Shown: piece after piece, positions 12,777-26,620 of the stretch
How the letters are laid out: the number at the start of each line of letters is the position of its first letter
Numbering within the stretch: position 1 is the first letter of the stretch
Assembly: GCF_009914755.1 (NCBI RefSeq)
Contig: NC_060942.1
Length of the DNA: 64,000 nucleotides
Source of the DNA: the human T2T-CHM13v2.0 reference genome, Homo sapiens
Strand: one strand, 5' to 3'
Notes under the pieces: model-generated
The model's database searches: none
Told to the model about the DNA's origin: nothing
What the model saw: only the letters and a program-made list of their open reading frames with translations
Made by a program: the position numbers and the translations under genes

Positions 12777-14133
12777 TTTCTCAACTGCATTCCTTTCTAA
12801 CCTGGCCAAAAATCAATTGGCCGTATTTATATGCATCTTATTTGTGGATTCTCTGTTTTGTTCTGTTAACCTATGTGTCTGTCCCTTTACCAGTATTACA
12901 TTATTTTGATTACTGTAGCCTTATAAGAAGTCTTAAAATTGCATGGTATGATTCTTCCAATTTTGTCCTTCTTAAAATAATGGTTGTTGTAGCTATTCTA
13001 GTTCATTTTTCTTTCCATATAAACTTTAGAATCAACTTATCCATATCCACAACAAAATTTTATTAGAATTGTGTTAAGTCTGTGGATGAATTTGGAGGGA
13101 ATTGAAATCTTTGTTGAGTCTTACAAGCCTGGACACAGCATGTCTCTCCATTTGTTTATTTATTTTTTTATTTCTTTCATAGGCATTTTGTGATTTATAG
13201 TGTAGAAATACCTGTATGTGTTAGATTTATATCTCAGTATTTCATTTGGGAGAGAGCAATTATAAATGACATTTAAAAATTTTAAGTTTCCAATTGTACC
13301 TTAATGATATTTAGGACTCACTTATTGCATGTGTCAACCTTGCATCTTGTAATATTGCTAAACTCACTTATCAGTCTTAGGAGGATTTTTTTTATATATA
13401 GATAACTTGGGGTTTTCTGCACAGATAATCGTATCATTTGCCATCCTGTTTCCACAGGCAAGCCTCTAACTCAGTGGCCATTTTTATTGAACTGAGGTTA
13501 CTTATTGTAGTCTTTATCCTCGATAAATGCCAGATTTGCATTAATGCTCAGAACTTCCTCCTTTTCTGGTTAAAAGTACCTGGTTTTACTGTTTTGTGCT
13601 TGTCAAGATGCATTGGTTTTGAGAAAGCTTGTTATAAATACAGGGCCAATGAAAACTATGGTCAGTTTCCATTTTTGTTAGATTTTTGTGAAATTTTCTA
13701 AAATTTTGTGTGAGAGACTTCAGAAAACCAAAGTATAATTTGCAGAATGGGAGAAAATGTTACACTACACATAGGGAATTTGAAGACAGTGGTCAGTTTA
13801 AAAACCTTTTATTTGGTTTGACTATCTTGCAGATGCCATTTCTCTACAGGGAAGGACTTTAAAATATAGCTTGTTGTTTGATTTGTACTGCAGGGTAGAT
13901 TAACTAAAATCATTATTTTGTCACCTAGAAGTTCTGAATTGTGGCAGCATTAGACTCTAAAACTATATTTTTTATTAAAAAGGCCAGCAGCAACAAGAGA
14001 TATTTTATAACTTCTGAAAACACTTTTCTAACAATTTATTTGTAAGTAAACACACAGTTTAAAAGGATTTCTGTCCTATAATTTGTGAAGCAAGTGGAAA
14101 ATGGTTCTTAGTTCATTTTCTTTAATTAATTGT

Positions 14134-14466
14134 TGTCTTAGTTCATTTGGGCTGCTATAATGAAATATCTTAGACTGGGTAGCTTATACACAACAGAATT
14201 TTATTTCTCACAGTTATAGAGGCTAGGAAGTCCAAGATCAAGGTGCCAGCAGATTTGGTGTCTGGTTAGAGCCTACTTGCGCACTATGTTCTCACTTGGT
14301 GGAAGGGGCGAGGGGTTTCTCTTAAGTCTCTTTTATAAGGGCACTAAGTCTCCACCCTCATGACTTAATCACCTCCCAGAGGCCCCATCTCCTAATAACA
14401 GTCACCCTGGGTGTTAGGATTTCAACATTAGAAGTTTGGAGGGATACAGACGTTCAGAACATAGCA
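14134..14466 (-). mobile_element. MLT1A-type MaLR solo LTR
   Basis: TGTCTTAGT...GCTGCTATAA...AAGTCCAAGATCAAGGTGCCAGCAGATT...CATAGCA. 5-bp flanks ATTGT/ATTAT. Confidence 0.9.
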
Positions 14467-15194
14467 ATTATTTTCTGCTTTACTAAAGATTCAGTTACCT
14501 ATTCAGTTATTCATTCTTTTCCCTAATATTAAAATAATCTGAAGTAATCTTAAAGTGGAATTTATGTACTTGGTATATCCTTAAGACTGACCGTTTCACC
14601 ACAGACTACTTTTTGTTTTCAACCTGCTCTATTTTTAAACATGTGTTAAAAGATTTTGGTTAGTACTCTTTTGAAAGAATATTCTCAGTACATGTATAGG
14701 GTTTCTCAACAGGTTACTTTCAGTTGACTGTCTTGATCTTGTTTGAATATGTGACTGTCAACCAGCCCCAGATTCTTTCCTCTTTTCCCTCCATAGTATT
14801 AATATTAATAATAAGATTTTGATGGGAATTGAACATTATTCTTCTCTTCTGAAAAAGCTTAGGGATTTATCTAGTGGTGTTCTATTTTGACTTTCTCACT
14901 TGGTGTTTTTTTTTTTTTTTTAAACAGAATACCTAATTTGACACTTAGTTGCCTCAATGAAATAATGCAGTTTCTGCCTTTTAATAGGACATCTTTCATG
15001 CATACCCCTGTATAGTTTTGCCCACATAAAAAAAAATTATACCCTGTAGATTTGGGCATTCTTGATTAAGTATGACGAAAGCTGTACAACAAAACAGTAC
15101 TAAATCACTTTAGAATTTTGCCATGAATATTATAGAGTAAATCTAAGACTTTTATTTGCAAATGAGAAAGTGTGATGTACTAAAGAGGTTTTTA

Positions 15195-15390
15195 ATGAGA
15201 GCATTTTGCTCCACATGCTGTCTCCACTGCTTACTATTTGTGTGGTGCCTTTTATGAAGTTGCCCTAACCTCTTAGAGCCTTACTGTCTCCATTAATAAA
15301 AAGAGGATGATGTATAATTTTTATATTATAGCAATCACCTTTCAATATGGTTGTGAGAATTAAGAAAGTGCTTTGTAAATTATATAGCAT
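15195..15390 (+). mobile_element. MIR fragment
   Basis: AACCTCTTAGAGCCT...GGTTGTGAGAATTAAG...AAAGTGCTT. Confidence 0.6.
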
Positions 15391-15535
15391 AGTAGAACTG
15401 TGTGCAATAATGTACAAAAACTGTCTTTATTTTAAAGTGAATTTAATCTGAAATGGTTTACTATAGTTTGACCAATCTCTCTCTGACTTACTGTTCAACT
15501 TAATCCTTCAGGCATTTCTTATCTGTGTTATACTG
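15345..15535 (+). repeat. Local direct repeat, copy 1 (donor)
   Basis: Aligns end to end with 17586-17780. Confidence 0.92.
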
Positions 15536-15802
15536 GGAGAAATTAAGCTTTAGATGCCTTTCTTCTTTTCTGTACTTCTCCTTTACCTGAGTTCTGCCTC
15601 TTCCATATAGAGATTAAGAACTAAAGAGTTTGTTGGTGTAAAAGAATCAGAAAATGTGCCCTTGGCTGTTATGGGAATCTAATGTTTATTTTATATTGTA
15701 ACTTTATTTGGTGAATGCAGAATTAGGCTTAGTAATCAGTTTCTTTTTCCCTCTGAGCATGAATGTGTATAAACATTGATATTTTTTTCTTCCGTCTTCT
15801 AG

Positions 15803-15907
15803 TTACAGCAATTGGAACTTGCACAGATACAGCATAGAGACGCTAATCTCACAGCTCTTGCAGCTATTGGACCAAGGAAGAAGAGACCACTAGAATCTGG
15901 AATTGAG
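15803..15907 (+). CDS. TAF4B: TAF4B penultimate coding exon (105 nt, phase 0-0): LQQLELAQIQHRDANLTALAAIGPRKKRPLESGIE
   Basis: Polypyrimidine tract and AG at 15801-15802, GT at 15908. Manual translation gives the TAF4-family motif RDANLTALAAIGPRKK. Joins the last exon in frame. Confidence 0.97.
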
Positions 15908-16092
15908 GTATTGAAATAATATTCATTATTTTATTTTTAATGTCAAGAAAGCAAGCCAAAAAGAAGCAAAGACTTAAAAATAGTTTACCCTGTTATGCAC
16001 GCTGTTGCTGCCAGACACTTCTTAAAATTCATCTTTGCCAATTTTATAAAATCTTAATTTTTGCCAGGTTTTAAAGATGTTTATCACCTTGA

Positions 16093-16134
16093 ACTTGTTA
16101 CTTATTTCATACTACTTGTTACTTATTTCATACT
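16093..16134. repeat. Perfect 21-bp tandem duplication ACTTGTTACTTATTTCATACT x2
   Basis: Read directly. Confidence 0.95.
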
Positions 16135-16239
16135 TTTTCTTTCCCCCATCTCCAGTCATATTGAATCTTCCAGTATTTAAATTTTTTATTTCTGTACATT
16201 GTTTCTAGTGTTTTTATGCAGTCCTGTTCCCTCTGTCTA

Positions 16240-16470
16240 AATCTGGCTAATCTTGTAAGACCGAATCTGCCCTCTTACTTCTTTCATAAACCCTGACTAT
16301 TCATTCCCATACCAGCTTCTCTTTTTCTGAGTATATGTGTTTGCATGGCATTGTTTCCTTGTATGAACATTTTCTCTTCTGTTAGATTATAAACTTTTTG
16401 AGCAAGGACTATAATAATAGTCTTTTGTATTCCCCCATAGAATAGGCACATGTATACTCAATAAATGACC
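16240..16470 (+). mobile_element. L2 3' end
   Basis: TAGATTATAAACTTTTTGAGCAAGGAC...ACTCAATAAATG. Confidence 0.6.
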
Positions 16471-16541
16471 TTAATTGTTTGGTTAACACCAAGAAAGGAT
16501 CTTACTTACATCTTCAGAGTAATTATTTAAGATAATATTAG

Positions 16542-16899
<358 letters not shown>

Positions 16900-17585
16900 C
16901 TAAGGGCTCTGAGATAAGGTCAGCAATAAAAGAGCCATAGCTCATCTTATACTTCTCTATAGAATTTAAATCTACTTTGAGGCAAACTTCCTACCATTGT
17001 TGATCCTGAACATTGGTAGTTTCTAAATGAACGCCACTCACCTTAATAGATGAAAGATTTAAAAATTCTAGTTCTTTTTCATTTTAAATGTAACATATGA
17101 AATATTCTCCCCCTCTCCTGCCCAACCAGATGTAACCACTGTTAAGTTTTTCACATATCCTTCCAGGATATATGTGGGCACATATATGACATGCATTCAC
17201 AAATCTACATGTGTGGTTTTGTTTTTAGTTAAATATGATCAAACTGTACCTATTATTATGCCCTTAATATTTTCCTCATTTCCACAGTCTACCTCATATA
17301 ATTTACTTCCATACTTTTTAAGGGTGTATGACATTACTGTATTTAAGTAAACCATAATTTATTCAACCAACCCTCCAATGGACATTTAGGTTGTTTCCAG
17401 GTTTTTGCCTTTATTGCCTCAGATAACATTTTTGCACTTATATTGTTGTGTGCTTGTACAATGTAAGTACAGGCAAAATTCATAGAAATGGAATTCCTGA
17501 CTTAAAGGGTATGAACATTAGGAAAACTCTATGGGAAAAAATTCAAATATATACAAAGGCGGAGAGAGCAGTATAATCAACCCTC

Positions 17586-17780
17586 ATATGGTTGTGAAAG
17601 TTAAGAAAGGGCTTTGTAAATTATATAGCATAGTAGAACTGTGTCCTGTATAATGTACAAAAAACTGCCTTTATTTTAAAGTAATTTTCTTTATATCTGA
17701 AATGGTTGACTGTAGCTTGACCAATTTCTCTCATACTATTCAACTTATTCTTCAGGTATTTCTTATCTGTGCTTATACTG
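17586..17780 (+). repeat. Local direct repeat, copy 2 (inserted in an antisense old-L1 3' fragment)
   Basis: Aligns with 15345-15535; L1 fragment continues on both sides. Confidence 0.92.
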
Positions 17781-17815
17781 TTATATAGCACCGCCCTGCT
17801 CCAGCGACCGTCAAT

Positions 17816-18130
17816 TTAATTTTATTTATTTACCTATTTGTTTGTTTATGTAGAGATAGGTCTTGCTCTGTCACCCAGGATGGAGTGGCACAATCTTGGC
17901 TCACTGCAGCCTCAACTTCCTGGGCTCAAGCAATCCTGTCACCTCTCACCCACCCGAGTAGCTGAGCTACAGGCACACACCACCATGCCTGGCTAATTTT
18001 TTTTTTTTTTTGGTAGAGACGGAGTTTTGCCATGTTGCCCAGCTTGGTCTCGAACTTCTGAGCTCAAGCAGTTCACCTGCCTTGGCCTCCCAAAGTGCTA
18101 GGATTGCAGGTGTAAGCCACCTCACCTGGA
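17816..18130 (-). mobile_element. AluJ
   Basis: Dimer; duplication GACC(G/A)TCAAT. Confidence 0.9.
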
Positions 18131-18936
18131 CAGGACCATCAATATATGCTTAATCTTGTTTCATTTATATTTGCACCAACTTTCTTAGGTTAAAATTTTC
18201 ATCCCTCAGATTATTTTAAAGTCGTTCCCACACTCAGTATTATTTAATACATAAATATTATTTGTTGCTCATGATTTTTATTAACAATTTAAAAATTACC
18301 CTCTAAGTTGTATCAGTTTTCATATTCATTAGTGTGCCTATCTCACCACACTCACATTAACACTGGGAACTATCTTTGCCATCTCATGACTGAAAATGCA
18401 AGTTTTAATAGAGTGTTTAAGTTATGAGTAAGTTGAGCAACTTTTCATGTATAAATAGGCATTTTCAATTTTTCTTTTTCCCATGGAGTTACATTTTTCA
18501 ATCCATTAAGGAAATAGAACAACCCATTTTCCCTAGCCCCATTTTCTTTCAGTTTGTCTGGGCTTTATTCATCTAAAAGTTTTTATTTTTCCTTTAAAAA
18601 ATGCCACAGTCTTTCATTTTTATTTTTGTCTTTTGGGTTTATATTCTATTTAGAAGGCCCTTTCTTAATTAGAATTATGTGTTACTACTTTGATCATTTC
18701 ACTTTTTAAGCATAAATCTTTGATTCGTACCGAACTTGAGTAAGAGTTGACGTGTGTATTTAGCTTTAGTCCCTCAGTCCTCTCTCATTCTCCCTTAGGC
18801 TAGATAATTGTCCCAACACCATTTACTCAGTAATTCTTTCCCTGCTGATTTTAAATGCTACCTTTATCACACACAACTGTATATCAAAAATACAAATTCT
18901 TGTATGTATTTGGGTCTGTTTCTGTACACTCTGAAC

Positions 18937-19125
18937 CAGTGTTATCTAATAGAACTTTGTATGGTTTTGAAAATATTTGTGTCTGCAGTGTCCTGAATAG
19001 CCACATATGGCTGTCGAGATCTTGAAATGTGGCTAGTGTGACTAAAATAAATTTTTAATTTTTTTAGTTTAATACAAATTTTAATAGTCATATGCTGCTA
19101 GTGGCCACTATATTGGGCAGCACTG
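18937..19125. mobile_element. MER3 (hAT-Charlie)
   Basis: TAATAGAACTTT...AGCCACATATGGCT...CTTGAAATGTGGCTAGTG. Confidence 0.8.
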
Positions 19126-19192
19126 CAGGACTGCCCAATATAGTAGCCCAATATAGTTCTATTTATGACTATTTACATATTAGTATCAAACC

Positions 19193-19392
19193 TTTTTTTT
19201 AACCATCTTATTTTTACGTGTATAATTAAGTAGTGTTAAACACATTCACGTTGTTGAAAAAACCTCCAAAACCTTTTCATCTTGTAAAACTAAAATTCTA
19301 TACCCGGTAAACAATTCTCCATTTCTGTGCCAGCCCCTAGTAACCATAATTCTACTTTCTGTTTCTATGAGTTTGACTACTTAAGTACCTCA
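19193..19392 (-). mobile_element. L1MB 3' end fragment
   Basis: CTTTTCATCTTGTAAAACTAAAATTCTATACCC...CAGCCCCTAGTAACCATAATTCTACTTTCTG. Confidence 0.75.
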
Positions 19393-19398
19393 GATTAA

Positions 19399-19545
<147 letters not shown>

Positions 19546-19577
19546 TAATATAATATGTTTGAAATTATGGAAAAACT

Positions 19578-19880
19578 GGCCGGGCATGATGGCTCACACC
19601 TGTAATCCCAGCACATTGGGAGGCTGAGGTGGGCAGATTGCTTGAGGTCAGGAGTTCGAGACCAGCCTAGCCAACATGTGAAACCCCGTCTCTACTAAAA
19701 ATACAAAAATTAGCTGGGCGTGGTGTCATGTGCCTGTAATCCTAGCTACGTGGGGGCTTGAGGCAGGAGAATCACTTGAACCCGGGAGGCGGAGGTTGCT
19801 GTGAGCCGAGATCGCGCCACTCCCCTCCAGCCTGAGCAACAGAGTGAGACTCCGTCTCAAAAAAAAAAAAAAAAAAAAAA
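19578..19880 (+). mobile_element. AluS
   Basis: Full dimer; duplication TATGGAAAAA. Confidence 0.93.
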
Positions 19881-20219
19881 GTATGGAAAAATTAGTTCAG
19901 CATAGAATTTATCTTTCTGCTAGAAACAACTCTACTGAGTTGTTCTAGTACAGTACAACTCACTGCTCTTTGTTTTTGGTCCATTTGTATATGATATGTG
20001 TAAATATTTTATTTAAATTGGGGTGTGCTATTTCATCATTAAGTATATTCCTATAAATATGCTTTGTTAGCATACATTTTATTTTGTGGCAAGAGTAGTT
20101 ACTTGTAACTTTTAATTCCTTTGAGAATGTGTTATAGGCATGTCTAAGTTCCTGACTTTTCTACTACAGTAACATTATACAACAAATTATGTTAAATGTT
20201 TGCTTTGTGAGAAATCATC

Positions 20220-20440
20220 AGAGCACATGGGATAAGTATATGTGCTTTAGACTCAGAAAAATCTGGGTTTGCTTCTTGACTCTGTTAAGCTTTGTAACCT
20301 TGGATGAGTTCTTTAAACCCCGTACCTCAATTATCCCCACCTGTAAAATGGGCATATTGCCTGTCTTATGTTTTAAGGATTGGTTTATGTGAAGTACTTA
20401 ATTAGTGTCTGGTCTCAAGTAAGTGCTTAATGAATTGTCA
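20220..20440 (+). mobile_element. MIR
   Basis: GTAACCTTGGATGAGT...CCTCAAT...CTGTAAAATGGG core. Confidence 0.7.
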
Positions 20441-20906
20441 TATTTGTAATCATAGTAATAATTCCATGATTTTGGCTTTTAATAGTATTTTATCAGTAGC
20501 ATTAATGGCCCATAGTGAATTTGCAATGTTAATCATTAATCTCTCCTGAGCATCAATTCTTATTCTCCTTTGAATTTGTCACAAATTTTAGAGAATACTT
20601 TCTAATTTATAATAAACAGATTTTTAGGTGTTTTTATTTATTATATGTTTGAATCTGAGAAAATCCATTGGTTAGGGAGAAAACCGAATGTGCTGTTTGT
20701 GTTCAAAACAATGATAAAAACCATTATGTGATTTATCTACAATAAAATGCAAAATTATTTAATTTTTAGTTTCAAAACAGATGTTTACTAACTTGGATAT
20801 AAATATATTGAATTGTCTGTCACTTGGTGCTTCTTTAGTTTTGAGAACTCAGGCATGCATATTTTCCCCTGTACTTCCTGTACTTTAAGCTGAGATAATA
20901 GTCATA

Positions 20907-21242
20907 TAATCAGTCCTTTGGATCTGTGGGTTCTGTCCACATCTGTGTATTCAGCCAACTGCAGATCAAAATTATTCGGAGGAAAAAACATCACATAATA
21001 AAAAATAACACTACAACAATTAAAAACTATACTAAATTTAAAAATACAGTATTACACTATTTATATAGCATTTACATTGTATTATGTAGTATAAGTAATC
21101 CAGAGGTGATTTCAAGTATACAGGAAGATATGCGTAGGTTACATGCAAATACTATGCCATTTTATATCAGGGACTTGAGCGTCTTTGGTTTTTGCTATCT
21201 ATATCTTGGTGCCAGTCCCCCGAGGATACCAAGGGATGACTA
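20907..21242 (-). mobile_element. MER2 (TcMar-Tigger)
   Basis: GCAAATACTATGCCATTTTATATCAGGGACTTGAGC...GGATACCAAGGGATGAC. Confidence 0.85.
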
Positions 21243-21404
21243 TAATGTCAATTTGAATTGAAAATATCTATTTCTTTAATTAGCTGGTGACATTTTTAGT
21301 ACAATTATTATTTTGAAATTTGCTGAACACTAGTTTCCTTGTTGTTGATTTTTATTCATGGTGTTTTAACTTTAAAGGCATTTTTGTTTTCAAAATGAGA
21401 GACA

Positions 21405-21672
21405 GGCTGGGTGCAGTGGCTCCAGCCTGTAATCCCAGCATTTTGAGAGGCTGAGGAGTGTGGGTCACAAAACCCTGTCTCTACCAAAAAAAAAAAAAAA
21501 AAAAAGGCAGCGCGTGGTGGTGTGCGCCTGTAGTTCCAGCAACTTGGAGGGCTTAGGAGGGAGGATAGCTTGGCCCAGGAGGTCAAGGCTGCAGTGAGCT
21601 GTGATCAGGCCACTGCACTCCAGCCTGGGTGACACAGTAAGACCCTGCCTAAGAAAAAAATAAAAGAAAAAA
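21405..21672 (+). mobile_element. AluJ with left-arm deletion
   Basis: Alu sequence with a shortened left arm. Confidence 0.88.
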
Positions 21673-23131
21673 GGAGAGAGAGGAGAGAGCCCTATTGCAT
21701 GCTCCTTCAATGTTTAGGTATACTGCTGATTTGCATTAGTTACAATTGTTAGAAACCTTTATTCACTTGCTTTATTTCTTCACAAATAACACAAAAATGA
21801 TGTATGAAACCATTTTTACTTTCAATATTCTGTACTCTGGAAACAAAGCCTTTACTTTTTGTTTGCTTCTTTATCGATGGGAACCTGAAATCTTAACATG
21901 TTTGAGTTAAATTTTTTAGAATCAGCATATAATCCCAGAGAGAAGTGGGAGTAGAATCTAGTTCTTCAGAGGGTAACTCTTTAGTTTGAATGCAGGTTTT
22001 TTCCTACTAAAAGGGAGCACTCTCAGTTGGGAAGATTGAATAGAATGATGGTAGTTTTTAAAAAAATGTAACATTCAAAAACATAGCACTTTAACATTCG
22101 AAGATTACCTTTATTGTTGCTAAGAAATTGGAGAAATTAGTTTTAGACCTTTGTCCTTGAGTATTTTTTGTTATGATAAAGCAAAACTTTTCTCATTAAA
22201 TATGATCTATTTGTATAATTTATATATTAACCTAGCCTTTGGAAATTTACACTTGATATTCTCTGAAGTCTTGGTAAAATTGAATAGCATCAGCTGCTAT
22301 CTCCTTATGTTATCCTGACAAAGAGCAGCAAGTACCAATTACAATTTTGAATAAGATATTTATACCATAAGCTTATTGGCTAGTGGGTCGCAGGAGGGTG
22401 GAAAAATAGTTAAAATGTACTATTTGGGAGTACTTTGAAATGTGTCCTTTCCTTTTGCTGCTGTGGTTTGAAGTTATATATATGAAATTAGTTTTTAAAT
22501 TAATGTAGGCCGTACAGATATTGATACAGTAAAATAAGATACAAATACTTTAAGATTTAGAGTATTTAGAGTATTTAGAGTATTTGTATGTGTGTATTGT
22601 TTATATGTATTGTATCGGTGATGTGTTTGGGGTTCTTTGGAATTTTAAAACATTAATCACTTTACTTCCTGTGTTAATTAGAGATCCTTGGATTAGAAAG
22701 ATTCTCTTTTCCCCCATTAGCTATACTTTCAAATATTTTGCATGCCTTATTAATGATCCAGCAACGTTTTTTTTTAGCACAAAGATAAGTTACATTTTAA
22801 CCTTACATAATAACATGTCTAAAAAATTATACAAAATCAATTTTTGGAGCTATGAAAGTATTAAGGAATTTCAGCATACTATTTTACTTTGAATGCTTTT
22901 TTACTAACATAAATAAATGAAGCTTCCTAAGATCGTGTAATTCAGTTGATTTCATAATGCTGATATTTCTGTAACAATCAGGTTTACAGCATCAGATTAG
23001 CTACATGGTGCTTATAGTATCATTTTAGTTAAAATAGAATTTGCTAACCAAAATAAAGAAATTGCAATATGTATTAGTATATGTCCTCTCCTTCTAGAAG
23101 CAGGTTAAAGTGCTACTCTATAATTCTATTC

Positions 23132-23498
<367 letters not shown>

Positions 23499-23908
23499 TA
23501 GAATATTTGATTGAAAATCAGAATTACATGAATCTGATTTTCAGCAGGCAGCAGAAGCTTCCGGCTTGTAGCCAAAAAGAAAGTCTGGAAAGCTAGATGG
23601 GAGTGTCTTGGAGAGGAGGGATGGTACTGGAGAGGGGTCTGTCCATGAACCGTAGGAACTCTGGTGGTTGACATGTGTGTCTATACCAGGTAAGAGGAAA
23701 AAGCAGACGGCAGAGTGAGACAGAGTCCGTGGCTTTGTCATCTTCAGAGAAGGTGGTAGTAGCGATTTGTGGACTTAATTATTTTCTACACTATTGTCTT
23801 TCCATGAATCACTTCAGTATGTAGCAAGATAGGGCTTCCAAAGCAACAGACTTGTGGTGGTCTTCTCGAACTCAGTGCTGTACATAGTTCTTTGACTGTA
23901 CCTGATAG

Positions 23909-24217
<309 letters not shown>

Positions 24218-24428
24218 TATTATTTTATTTTTATTTCTTGACTTCTTTATTTCTGCTCATTTTATAAAGGAAGAGTTATAGAATTTTTAAAACCAGATCT
24301 CTTTGGATTGTAATATTTAGATTAGATTTGATGAATAACTTCCTGACAGTGTTTAAACTAGCATGAATTTACCTCAGTGTACAATCTCTAACATGTTTTC
24401 CAATGCCAACATTTTATGAAATATATAT

Positions 24429-24534
24429 AAAAATGTGGAATGCTTCATGAATTTGCTTGTTATCTTGTGCAGGGACCATGCTAATCTTTTCTGTATCATT
24501 CCAGTTTTAGTATATGTGCTGTCAAAGTGAGCAC
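24429..24534 (-). pseudogene. Full-length U6 snRNA retrocopy
   Basis: Reverse complement matches U6 (GTGCTC...CACATATACTAAAA...GATTAGCATGG...) with CpG decay. Target-site duplication GCCA(A/G)CATT at 24405 and 24535. Confidence 0.95.
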
Positions 24535-24861
24535 GCCAGCATTCTTTAAGTTTCTCTAAAATGAAGTGGAATCTCCCTAGAAGAGTAATAAAAGAAGGTA
24601 GATTGCTCGGTCAACAAATGATTATTTATTTAGGGGGAAGGGAAGGGGGATCTCCTATGTCTGCCATGCTTATAAGATAGTACTGCTTAAAGCAAGGGGT
24701 ATAGATAGCTTTTTATTTGAGAGGAGGGAATGTTTAACTATGTTCACATTTAAAATGTCCAAATGGTAGAGAAGAGTATTTTTCCCTTGTAAGGAAACAA
24801 TAGAAGAATATTTAAAACAGCTTTTCCTTGGATATTCTTTCTGAAAATTTCCATGCATATG

Positions 24862-24945
24862 TTAGGTTAAACCATACAAACTTGCCATTTTTTTAGGTGA
24901 ACAGTTGTTAATTAAGTATTGGCAGTTTCAGATAGTTCAACCTAA
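24862..24945. mobile_element. MADE2 mariner MITE (palindromic)
   Basis: TTAGGTTAAACCAT...TTGCC / GGCAG...ATAGTTCAACCTAA terminal inverted repeats, about 80 bp. Confidence 0.8.
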
Positions 24946-25245
24946 TACAATCATTATATATACATGTGCTTTTAAAATATATATGTAATAATCACAGTTT
25001 AGCTTTATCAAGCAATTAGAATGTATTATCTTCATTAGTCCTCACAATTCCTCTGTAAGATCATACTATTGTTTTCCTCAAATGAAAAAATTGTGGTATA
25101 GAGAGGATTAGTTGCTTCCCCAAAGTTCTATAATTAGTAAGTAGAAGAACCCAAGTACATGTCCAAAGAAATGTGTGCTTTTAAGTACTCTAATAGGATC
25201 ATCCTAAAAGCACTATTCTATAATTTGTGGGACAGTGTGTCTTGG

Positions 25246-25822
25246 ACATTAATAGGATTCTCCAAAAGAGCATACCAGTAGGATATACATATGTACATGT
25301 ATGTACAGGGATATTAAAAATGAGAATTGGCTGACATGATTATGGAATCTGAGAAGTCTCACGCTATGCTGTCTGCAACCTGGAGACCCAGGTAAGTTGG
25401 TGGTATAATTCAGTCTGAATGTGAAGTCCTGAGAAACAGGGGAGTCAATGGTGTGGTGTAACTCTCAGTCCAAGGCGGAAGGCCTGAGAATGGGTATGGG
25501 GAATTAACTGGAGGTGGGTCACTGGTGTAAATACGGGAATGAGAACCTGGAGCTCTGATGTCTGAAGGCAGAAAATGCATGTACGAGCTCTAGAAGAGAG
25601 AGTGAGTTTGCCCTTTCTTTATCTTTTTGTTCTATCCAGGCCCTCAACTGATTGGGTCATGCATCCTTACATTGGTAAGGGTGGTTCTTCTTTATTCAGT
25701 CTGCTGATTCAAATGCTAATCTCTTCCCAAAACACTCTTATAGACACACAGAAACAATGTTTTACCAGCTATCTGGGTAACCCTTAGCCCAGTCAAGTTG
25801 GCACATAAAATTAACCATCATA
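25246..25822 (-). mobile_element. MLT2C-like ERVL solo LTR
   Basis: CCAGTCAAGTTGGCACATAAAATTAACCATCA end; TGATTCAAATGCTAATCTCTTCC. Confidence 0.88.
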
Positions 25823-26620
25823 GACATTTTCCCATACTGTTACATATCCACTGATAGACATTTAGAATATTTTCACTTGTTTGTTATAAATAATGAGCAT
25901 CCTGTTTTATCTTCATGTAATCATTTGTTTTACAGGATTGATTTCTAGAAGTGGAACTTTTGGGTCCATGGACATGCACAAAATTTAATAGACACTCATA
26001 ATGCTTACCAAAAGCATTCCAAAAGTTTCCACTGCTGATTGAGTGCCTGTTTTTCCATTTTCTTGCTAGCAGTAGATATGATCAATCACTTAAAAATGTT
26101 TGTCACTGCAATTTTTTATTTATTGCATCTCTACCGTTCCTTTGTGCTCTCTTCAAAGGTCAAAGTTCTGTTTTTACATGGAAATATGGTGTAGAAGTGT
26201 TGAACAACCTCTAAAATACCCTATGTGAGAAATACTTAGATTATAAAACATTTATTTAAGTATTAAAATCATTTAGGGATAGTTTTTTTTATAACTTAGA
26301 AATGTGTACATTTTCAAATAGAGAACCAGGTTGAATTCTTATGGATATTTAAATGATCTTAAGTAGGTGTCATTTTCTTTACCATATTTGCTAGTTTTCA
26401 TCATTTGAGGATAGGGTTAGATTATAATTGAAATACTAAGCCTGAAATTATTTTGGAAAACCCAAAGGCTTAAAACCTTTTGGGGACAAACAGTATTTCT
26501 TAAAGATAATTGTCTGTTTCTGGTTGCTGTTACAGGTGATTCTTCACTCTGAAAAGGTGCATAAGTAATTTAACTAAAAGTCTATTCACATGAAAGGCCC
26601 AGATTTAATTTGCATTTCCT

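Larger units (their letters stand above)
11907..13441 (-). mobile_element. L1 ORF2 segment (FADD region onward), inverted
   Basis: Antisense ORF2: GAGCAAAAGTTTTAATTTTGATG, TTTTGATTACTGTAGC, GCTAAACTCACTTATCAG. Confidence 0.85.

Noticed and set aside
22555-22585. ATTTAGAGT x3 (also CATATTGGTAA x2 at 46381)
   Set aside because: Ordinary slippage repeats; no spacers, not CRISPR-like.
24862-24945. Hairpin as a novel miRNA
   Set aside because: Explained by a MADE2 MITE with many mismatches.
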